64,000 nt of DNA from an uncultured Bacilli bacterium (GTDB lineage Bacteria; Bacillota_I; Bacilli_A; RF39; UBA660): the NCBI GenBank assembly GCA_944358415.1, contig CALVRA010000001.1:33920-97919 (forward strand). Direction: 5' to 3'. Of this stretch, positions 58,331 to 64,000 are shown in pieces (position 1 is the first letter of the stretch; each line of letters starts with the position of its first letter). The position numbers and the translations under genes are program-made. Under the pieces are notes generated by a model. That model was not told where the DNA came from and did not search any database. It saw only the letters and a list, made by a program, of their open reading frames with translations.

Positions 58331-59277
58331 TTTATCACTCCTTCTAAACTCATTATTAATTTATCCATTAATAATGAAGTATTGATGTTATATTTTATTA
58401 AGTCTTTTAATGAAGATATTTTATTTATTTTCATACATATTTCTTCAATGTTATTTGTTTTGGCAATGCTTTTGATATTATCATTTAATTCAAATATTTC
58501 TAATGGTTTATTTAACAGATAATTTAGAATATCTTTATAATAATTTATCATTACTTCAAAGGATATTAAATATTCTTCTTTGTTTGTAATATATTCATTC
58601 CAAAGTTTATTTATATAAAGTATTGTATTTAAATGATATTTTTCATAGTAATTAACAAAATCAATAGTTTTTTCTATTTTTTGGTTAAGAATATCATCTT
58701 CTAAATTAGACTTAGAAGCAGTTATTTGTTTTAATTTTTGATATTCATTTAGGGCTTCTTTGGAAATATTAGTAGCTTTTAGTTTTAAAATTTGACATCT
58801 TGATATAATTGTTGGTAAAACATTATAAATATTATCAGTTAAAAGTATAGCTACAAGATTATTATCTGGTTCTTCTAGAAATTTTAAGATTGAGTTGGCT
58901 GATGATTTATTTAATCTATCAGCTTGCGTGATAATATAAATTCTTTTATTTCCTATTAAAGCTTTGGTGTTGAATTCTTTTTGTAGATTTTGAAGTTGCT
59001 CTTTTTTTATCCAAAGACCTTCTGGTTTAATTATTTCAATTTCCGGAAAGTTACCTGAGTCAATCACTTCACATTGATGACAGTTTCCACAGTTTTCTTT
59101 ATTGAGTTTTTTTTGAGGACATAAAAGGGATTTAACAAAAGCCATGGTAAAACCCATTGAATCATAAAAACCGCCTGTTTCTATTAAATAGGCGTGGGAG
59201 CATTTATCATTTAAAATGGCGTTTTTTAATATTTTATATACAATTGGTTGTGAATTTTTATAACCATCTAACATCAC
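58327..59277 (-). CDS. holB: DNA polymerase III subunit delta'
   Basis: HAYL motif, zinc module CGNCHQC. Position upstream of ricT. Confidence 0.85.
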   Translation of the reverse strand: MMLDGYKNSQPIVYKILKNAILNDKCSHAYLIETGGFYDSMGFTMAFVKSLLCPQKKLNKENCGNCHQCEVIDSGNFPEIEIIKPEGLWIKKEQLQNLQKEFNTKALIGNKRIYIITQADRLNKSSANSILKFLEEPDNNLVAILLTDNIYNVLPTIISRCQILKLKATNISKEALNEYQKLKQITASKSNLEDDILNQKIEKTIDFVNYYEKYHLNTILYINKLWNEYITNKEEYLISFEVMINYYKDILNYLLNKPLEIFELNDNIKSIAKTNNIEEICMKINKISSLKDLIKYNINTSLLMDKLIMSLEGVIK

Positions 59278-59287
59278 TTATATCCTC

Positions 59288-59473
59288 CTAATATACAACG
59301 AGTCTTATTATAATTAAAAAAATAAATGCGGGAATACTGAAGATTGTTATTAATAAAACGGTAACTAAATTAATAGGGATAATAGCAGCTGCTGGAACTA
59401 AGACGTTATAGCCATATAACATGAAGAAACTCATAATAAATTTTTTGAAAATTTTAAAAATTTTATTAAGCAT
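59288..59473 (-). CDS. bofA: BofA-family pro-sigma-K processing inhibitor (probable)
   Basis: Small 2-TM protein with IPINLVT, matching BofA VPINLVT. Lies after recR as in B. subtilis. Start set at the ATG preceded by GAGGTG. Confidence 0.6.
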   Translation of the reverse strand: MLNKIFKIFKKFIMSFFMLYGYNVLVPAAAIIPINLVTVLLITIFSIPAFIFLIIIRLVVY

Positions 59474-59511
59474 GAAACACCTCAATAAATTATATAATAA
59501 TGAAGTGATTT

Positions 59512-60111
59512 TTATGAGATAGTTGTACGATCCATGATAGCCATTTCTAAAGTTAATGGATCAATATAGTCAATATCAGCACCCATTGGTATACCATGAG
59601 CAATTTTGGTTATTTTTACATCAGTATTTTCTAGCATTTTACTTATATAAAGAGCGGTTGTTTCACCTTCTATGCTTGGTTTTATGGCTAGAATTACCTC
59701 TTTAATATTTTCATTTTTAATCCTTTCAATTAGTTTATCAATATGGATATCTTCAGGATTAATACCATCTAATGGGGAAATTAATCCACCTAGGACATGA
59801 TATAAACCTTTATATGAGCCTATTTTTTCAAAAAGAATTACGTTTTTACATTCTTCGACTACGCAAAGAGTAGTGGTATCTCTTGATTTATCTTGGCATA
59901 TTTGACACAATTCTTCTTCAGTAAGACTACCACATCTGGGACATTTCTTTATTTTCGTCTGAATATTATTTAATGATGTACTAAAAAGTTCGATTATTTC
60001 ACTATCTATATTTAAGGTGGCTAGCGCTAGTCTTTCAGCGGTTTTTTCTCCTATTCCTGGAAGTTTTTTAAAGCATTCTATTAAGTTTAATATTGTTTTT
60101 GGGTAGTTCAT
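59512..60111 (-). CDS. recR: recombination protein RecR
   Basis: HhH (LPGIGEKTAERLA), C4 zinc finger (CPRCG...CQIC), Toprim. Confidence 0.95.
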   Translation of the reverse strand: MNYPKTILNLIECFKKLPGIGEKTAERLALATLNIDSEIIELFSTSLNNIQTKIKKCPRCGSLTEEELCQICQDKSRDTTTLCVVEECKNVILFEKIGSYKGLYHVLGGLISPLDGINPEDIHIDKLIERIKNENIKEVILAIKPSIEGETTALYISKMLENTDVKITKIAHGIPMGADIDYIDPLTLEMAIMDRTTIS

Positions 60112-60407
60112 TAGAATAACCCTGGCATTCCTTTAGTGTATTTTCCCATTTTTTCTTCAGTTTCTGCATCTATTTTATGATTAGCTTCATTTACAGCAAC
60201 TAAAATCATGTCCTCAAGCATTTCTATATCATCTTTTTCTAAACTTTCGGCATTGATTTTTACTTCTGTTATTTCTTTAGTACCTTTTACTTTAACTGTA
60301 ACAAGAGATGATTTTCCTTCAAAGATTTTTTCATCAATTTGTTTTTTTTCTTTTAACATATCATTTTGTAATTTTTGTGCTTGTTTCATCATAGCTTGAA
60401 TATTCAT
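60111..60407 (-). CDS. ybaB: nucleoid-associated protein YbaB/EbfC
   Basis: 98 aa. MMKQAQKLQ N-terminus. Lies between dnaX and recR. Confidence 0.9.
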   Translation of the reverse strand: MNIQAMMKQAQKLQNDMLKEKKQIDEKIFEGKSSLVTVKVKGTKEITEVKINAESLEKDDIEMLEDMILVAVNEANHKIDAETEEKMGKYTKGMPGLF

Positions 60408-60422
60408 ATTTATTCCTTCTTT

Positions 60423-62147
60423 CTAATTATATTCTATTATATCTTCAAACATTGTTTCGATGTTGTTTTTAATTTCTTCGTCTTTGAAGATATCTTCTAG
60501 GTTAAATTGTTCTTCTTTATAGATAAATGGCTTTAGTTTATTATTGAAATCATTTTTAATTATTTCCCATTCATCTAAATCGGTTGCAATTAAATTATAT
60601 TTTTTATTTAATATTTTTTCAATAGTTTCTTCAAGAATTAGTAAATTTTCGTTAAATTGATCTGATAATCTTTTTGTTTTATAGACAAATATTAGATTTT
60701 CTTCACTTGCGGCTTTGAGTGTACCATCTAATATGATAGATGCGGCATTACTATATTCTTGATCTAATAGTAAATCGTTAAGAAGTTCAAGTGATGGAAT
60801 AATACTTTTCATGGTTTGTTTATTGAAGTGGGCGAGAGTATTATCAATTCTTATTTGTTTTATTTTTTCTATTGTTTTGCGAATTTTTTCATTAGCTTTT
60901 GGCTTTTTTAATGAACCAATTATTTGTTTGTTTGTATTTTGTTCGCTTTCTTGGGGCTCGTTTTTTTGTTTTTCCACAATTTCAGTTTGTTTTTCTTGTT
61001 TTTTTTCTATTTTTTCTGGATTTTGAGATGATTTTTCATTATTTTGATCAATTTTTTGGACTTTTTCCACATTTTTGTTATTTTTTTCAGAAATTATTTT
61101 TATAAGGGCAAGTTCGAATAACAATTTTGGGTTATTGCTATTTTTCATTTCAAAAGAGTACTTATTTAATGTTTCAATTATTTCAAAAAGGTGGTTAATT
61201 TCTATTTTCTTTGATATATCTTTGTAATTTTCAAGATTTGGATGTTTTTCTTCAAAATATTTAGGGGCTTCTTTATATAGAATAATATTTCTTATAAAAT
61301 CAATAAATTCTTCAATTAGTTTAATGAAATTTTTTCCTTTATCATTATATTCATCTATTTTTTCTAAAATAATATCTAATTTATTATTTAAAATGTTTTC
61401 TAATAGGTTATTTAAGTCTTGTTCGGTTAAGGTGCCATTTATATCATGAATATCATTAACTGTTATTTTTCCTTCAGTATAGGCCCTTGCTTGGTCTAAC
61501 ATACCAACGGAATCACGCATTCCGCCATCTGCTTGGTTTGCTATTTCATATAAAGCTTGTTCATCAATGTCGATATTTTCTTTTTTAGCTATTTTTTTTA
61601 AATTTTGTACAATAGCTTCGTTACTAATTTTTTTAAAGTCTAACCTTTGACATCTTGATAAAATTGTTTCTATTACTTTATGTGGGTCAGTAGTGGCTAG
61701 AATAAAGATTACGTGAGCAGGTGGCTCTTCTAAAGTTTTTAATAGGGCATTAAAGGCACCTTGGGTAAGCATATGGACTTCATCTATTATATATACTTTA
61801 TATTTTCCATATGCTGGAAGGAGATTGACTTTATTTCTTAATTCTCTTATTTCATCAACTCCATTATTACTGGCGGCATCTATTTCGATAATATCACTAT
61901 TATTTTCTTGTGTACAGCTGAGACATTTTCCACAAGGAGTACAATTTACTGGATTTTCACAGTTGATTATTTTGGCAAATATTTTGGCAATACTAGTTTT
62001 TCCTGTACCTCTTGGTCCAGCAAATAGATAGGCGTGATTGATTTGATTGTTTAATATAGAGTTTTTAATAATTTTAACGATAATGTCTTGTCCGTATATA
62101 TCATCCAAGGTTTTAGGTCTATATTTTCTATATAGTGCTTGATACAT
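60423..62147 (-). CDS. dnaX: DNA polymerase III subunits tau/gamma
   Basis: GPRGTGKTS Walker A, Cys4 zinc module, DEVHML, SRC motif. Low-complexity Lys/Glu/Gln linker. Confidence 0.95.
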   Translation of the reverse strand: MYQALYRKYRPKTLDDIYGQDIIVKIIKNSILNNQINHAYLFAGPRGTGKTSIAKIFAKIINCENPVNCTPCGKCLSCTQENNSDIIEIDAASNNGVDEIRELRNKVNLLPAYGKYKVYIIDEVHMLTQGAFNALLKTLEEPPAHVIFILATTDPHKVIETILSRCQRLDFKKISNEAIVQNLKKIAKKENIDIDEQALYEIANQADGGMRDSVGMLDQARAYTEGKITVNDIHDINGTLTEQDLNNLLENILNNKLDIILEKIDEYNDKGKNFIKLIEEFIDFIRNIILYKEAPKYFEEKHPNLENYKDISKKIEINHLFEIIETLNKYSFEMKNSNNPKLLFELALIKIISEKNNKNVEKVQKIDQNNEKSSQNPEKIEKKQEKQTEIVEKQKNEPQESEQNTNKQIIGSLKKPKANEKIRKTIEKIKQIRIDNTLAHFNKQTMKSIIPSLELLNDLLLDQEYSNAASIILDGTLKAASEENLIFVYKTKRLSDQFNENLLILEETIEKILNKKYNLIATDLDEWEIIKNDFNNKLKPFIYKEEQFNLEDIFKDEEIKNNIETMFEDIIEYN

Positions 62148-62180
62148 TTTACCACCTCATACTGTTTTATTATATCATAG

Positions 62181-62189
62181 TTATCCACA
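62181..62189 (+). promoter_or_regulatory. consensus DnaA box TTATCCACA
   Basis: Perfect 9-mer in the tadA-dnaX intergenic region. Confidence 0.35.
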
Positions 62190-62224
62190 AAAAAAGGAAA
62201 TAAGTTGGGATTTTTTTATGATAA

Positions 62225-62632
62225 TTACTTATTTCGCTTATTTTTAAAGAAATCTTTTAGCAAATTCCTAGAGTTTTCCACATTTTTAATTTGAATAAGT
62301 TCTGGAGTTTTTAAGTTCGCTTGTTTTTCTTGTTTAGCTGCGTATTTTATACACTTTATTCTAGCTTGCTTTGCGACTTCTATACACATATTACACGGTT
62401 CAAGTGTAACATACAATTCACAGTTATTGAGGTGCCAAGACTTTTTCTTTTTGCATGCTTTTTCAATAGCATTTATTTCAGCATGTTTTGTAATTAGATG
62501 TGTTTTTTCTCGTGTGTTATGACCTTTAGCAATGATTTTGCCGTCTTCTACAATGAGTGCACCTACTGGAACATCATCTGTTTTTAGGCTTTTTTTTGCT
62601 TCTTTTAAAGCTATTTCCATATATTTATCCAT
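62225..62632 (-). CDS. tadA: tRNA-specific adenosine deaminase
   Basis: HAE and PCxxC (EPCNMC) deaminase motifs. Start set at MDKY (AGGTGA RBS), because the longer track ORF would run into the SRP RNA. Confidence 0.9.
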   Translation of the reverse strand: MDKYMEIALKEAKKSLKTDDVPVGALIVEDGKIIAKGHNTREKTHLITKHAEINAIEKACKKKKSWHLNNCELYVTLEPCNMCIEVAKQARIKCIKYAAKQEKQANLKTPELIQIKNVENSRNLLKDFFKNKRNK

Positions 62633-62651
62633 ATTATCACCTATATAAAAA

Positions 62652-62724
62652 GGTACACACATTTAGAGGACCTTAAGGCTGCTATCTTCCGATTCTGACC
62701 TGGTTCAGCCATAAATGTTGTACC
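62652..62724 (-). ncRNA. ffs: small (4.5S-type) signal recognition particle RNA
   Basis: Minus strand reads GGUACAACAUUUAUGGCUGAACCAGGUCAGAAUCGGAAGAUAGCAGCCUUAAGGUCCUCUAAAUGUGUGUACC. Domain IV core ACCAGGUCAG..CGGAAG..AGCAGCC and a closing helix are present. Lies near tadA/dnaX as in Bacillus. Confidence 0.75.
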
Positions 62725-62815
62725 AATAATTATATTATAATAATTAGAGAAAAATGTCTATATTTTTTTATAAGTTTTTATAAGTTTTGTATGGTTTTCC
62801 ACAGTATTTATTTTT

Positions 62816-62841
62816 ACCTATGTTTCACGTGAAACATAGGT
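62816..62841. promoter_or_regulatory. parS site 1 (26-bp perfect palindrome)
   Basis: Core TGTTTCACGTGAAACA at 62821-62836 equals the Firmicute parS consensus TGTTNCACGTGAAACA. Confidence 0.8.
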
Positions 62842-62928
62842 TTAATATCTTACTTTTTTTATACTAAAGCTAAAATGATTTTCTTTTTTTACATTAATCT
62901 AATGTGTATATATTTGATTTTTTATCGC

Positions 62929-62954
62929 AGCAATGTTTCACGTGAAACATTGCT
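62929..62954. promoter_or_regulatory. parS site 2 (26-bp perfect palindrome)
   Basis: Core TGTTTCACGTGAAACA at 62934-62949. Confidence 0.8.
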
Positions 62955-63106
62955 AGTAAAGTTAAATTATATTTATTATTGTTTTAAGTATGAGATTATT
63001 TACTGTTATTATATGTAAATATTAATTGTACTTAAATATTTTTAGTTGTATTTACAATTATCTTTATACTGTTTTGCACATTATCAAATTATATATAATT
63101 TTAAAT

Positions 63107-63138
63107 GATCACCAATGTTTCACGTGAAACATTGGTGA
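63107..63138. promoter_or_regulatory. parS site 3 (32-bp perfect palindrome)
   Basis: Core at 63115-63130. Arms ATCACCAA/TTGGTGAT. Confidence 0.8.
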
Positions 63139-63146
63139 TGTGGATA
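63138..63146 (-). promoter_or_regulatory. consensus DnaA box (TGTGGATAA = TTATCCACA on the minus strand)
   Basis: Perfect 9-mer abutting parS site 3. Confidence 0.35.
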
Positions 63147-63303
63147 ATTAATGTTTTTAATATGAAGTGTATAAAATTTTAATTATACAGGTAAATTAAT
63201 CTAAATTTTGTTTAAAATATTAGATTTTAATTTTAATTATTAACAACATTTTAACAATTTTATTTTTAAAATTTGAAAACTTAATACATTTTAGTATTAT
63301 TTG

Positions 63304-63333
63304 GCATTAATGTTTCACGTGAAACATTAATGC
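63304..63333. promoter_or_regulatory. parS site 4 (30-bp perfect palindrome)
   Basis: Core at 63311-63326. Arms GCATTAA/TTAATGC. Confidence 0.8.
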
Positions 63334-63496
63334 TGTGGAAAAATTATAATTATAGTTTTTAATAAGCAATGCTTTTTATTTAAAAATATTATATGTATTA
63401 ATCTTTATATAAAATATTAGCTTTAAAATTCATTGTAAATTTTTTTATAGTAGTTTTTTTTAGTTGTTAGTTATTAATTATTTATTTATTTATTTA

Positions 63497-63524
63497 TTCT
63501 AATGTTTCACGTGAAACATTAGAA
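63497..63524. promoter_or_regulatory. parS site 5 (28-bp perfect palindrome)
   Basis: Core at 63503-63518. Confidence 0.8.
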
Positions 63525-63598
63525 CTGTGGAAATTTTAAAAATGTTTTTGGAATTTTTAAATTATAAATTTGAATGTATTTACTATATTGTTAGTAGT

Positions 63599-63628
63599 GT
63601 ACCAATGTTTCACGTGAAACATTGGTAC
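63599..63628. promoter_or_regulatory. parS site 6 (30-bp perfect palindrome)
   Basis: Core at 63606-63621. Arms GTACCAA/TTGGTAC. Confidence 0.8.
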
Positions 63629-63732
63629 TAAAAATGTTGTTTTTATATTTTGCACGTAGTAATAATATATAAATTTGAATTAAAAACTTGGACACACATT
63701 TATAAAAAATATATTTTAGTATGGTTATTGTG

Positions 63733-63770
63733 TTTAAAACTAATGTTTCACGTGAAACATTAGTTTTAAA
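63733..63770. promoter_or_regulatory. parS site 7 (38-bp perfect palindrome)
   Basis: Core at 63744-63759. Arms TTTAAAACTAA/TTAGTTTTAAA. Confidence 0.8.
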
Positions 63771-63848
63771 ATATATTGTAATACTATTTTAGTGTCCTAT
63801 TTTTTTATATATATTTAATATAAAAAAGAACGCACTAAACGTTCTTTC

Positions 63849-63870
63849 CAATGTTTCACGTGAAACATTG
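63849..63870. promoter_or_regulatory. parS site 8 (22-bp perfect palindrome)
   Basis: Core at 63852-63867, 3 nt downstream of the gyrA stop codon. Confidence 0.8.
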
Positions 63871-63872
63871 AG

Positions 63873-64000
63873 TTAATTTTCTGATTTTTCTTGTGTTTGT
63901 TCTTGGTTTTCTTCGGATGTTTCTTTATCTAATAAAGCAATACTGCTTACGTTTTGATTATCTTTTAAATTAATTAATCTTACACCTTGAGCAACTCTAC
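63873..64000 (-). CDS. gyrA: DNA gyrase subunit A, C-terminal end (partial, continues beyond the window)
   Basis: Minus-strand translation ..RVAQGVRLINLKDNQNVSSIALLDKETSEENQEQTQEKSEN* resembles the last GyrA beta-pinwheel blade plus an acidic tail. The gene neighbourhood is consistent. Confidence 0.55.
   Translation of the reverse strand, partial: RVAQGVRLINLKDNQNVSSIALLDKETSEENQEQTQEKSEN

Noticed and set aside
60811-61105. Plus-strand ORFs within the dnaX linker region.
   Set aside because: They are antisense to the Lys/Glu/Gln-rich low-complexity linker of tau. Their Phe-rich translations are artefacts of poly-purine and poly-pyrimidine tracts.
62816-63870. Regularly recurring repeats separated by unique DNA could be mistaken for a CRISPR array.
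   Set aside because: The repeats are perfect palindromes matching parS. Repeat length varies (22-38 bp), spacing is irregular and long (103-196 bp centre to centre), and no cas genes or leader are present.
62740-63872. AT-rich noncoding region with DnaA boxes could be oriC.
   Set aside because: There are only two perfect and three imperfect boxes, and no dnaA or dnaN is adjacent. The region lies downstream of gyrA, so the canonical oriC is probably several kb to the right. Kept only as a possible DnaA-box cluster.

Overview
AT-rich (about 28% GC by eye) chromosomal segment from a spore-forming Firmicute, with an Erysipelotrichia/Clostridia-like gene set. It is origin-proximal: gyrA 3' end, SRP RNA, tadA, dnaX-ybaB-recR-bofA, holB-ricT-trmN6-rsmI, pth-mfd, spoVT, metG, tatD, rsmA, ung, tilS-ftsH, soj-spo0J, ychF and rpsF-ssb-rpsR are almost all on the minus strand, which fits leading-strand transcription away from an origin to the right of the window. 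The left 17 kb carries cotJBC, typA, mreB, spoIID/spoIIQ-like and envelope genes. Four things stand out. (1) A diversity-generating-retroelement cassette sits between ychF and rpsF: a variable repeat (VR) at the 3' end of a membrane-anchored surface protein gene and a template repeat (TR) 311 bp away. 20 of their 21 mismatches fall on TR adenines. A standalone MutS-domain-I-like ORF follows, and no reverse transcriptase is in the window. (2) A compact RiPP-like operon encodes an RlmA-like methyltransferase, a radical SAM/SPASM maturase and a 61-aa six-cysteine Cys/Asn-rich precursor. (3) A 1.1-kb noncoding array downstream of gyrA holds eight perfect parS sites, each embedded in a longer unique perfect palindrome and interleaved with DnaA-box-like motifs. 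(4) Several 3'-end gene duplications, frameshifted genes and a three-member family of N-terminally anchored surface proteins, each paired with a divergent small regulator. I saw no rRNA, tRNA, CRISPR or transposase genes. All homology calls rest on motif recognition by eye, not on searches.
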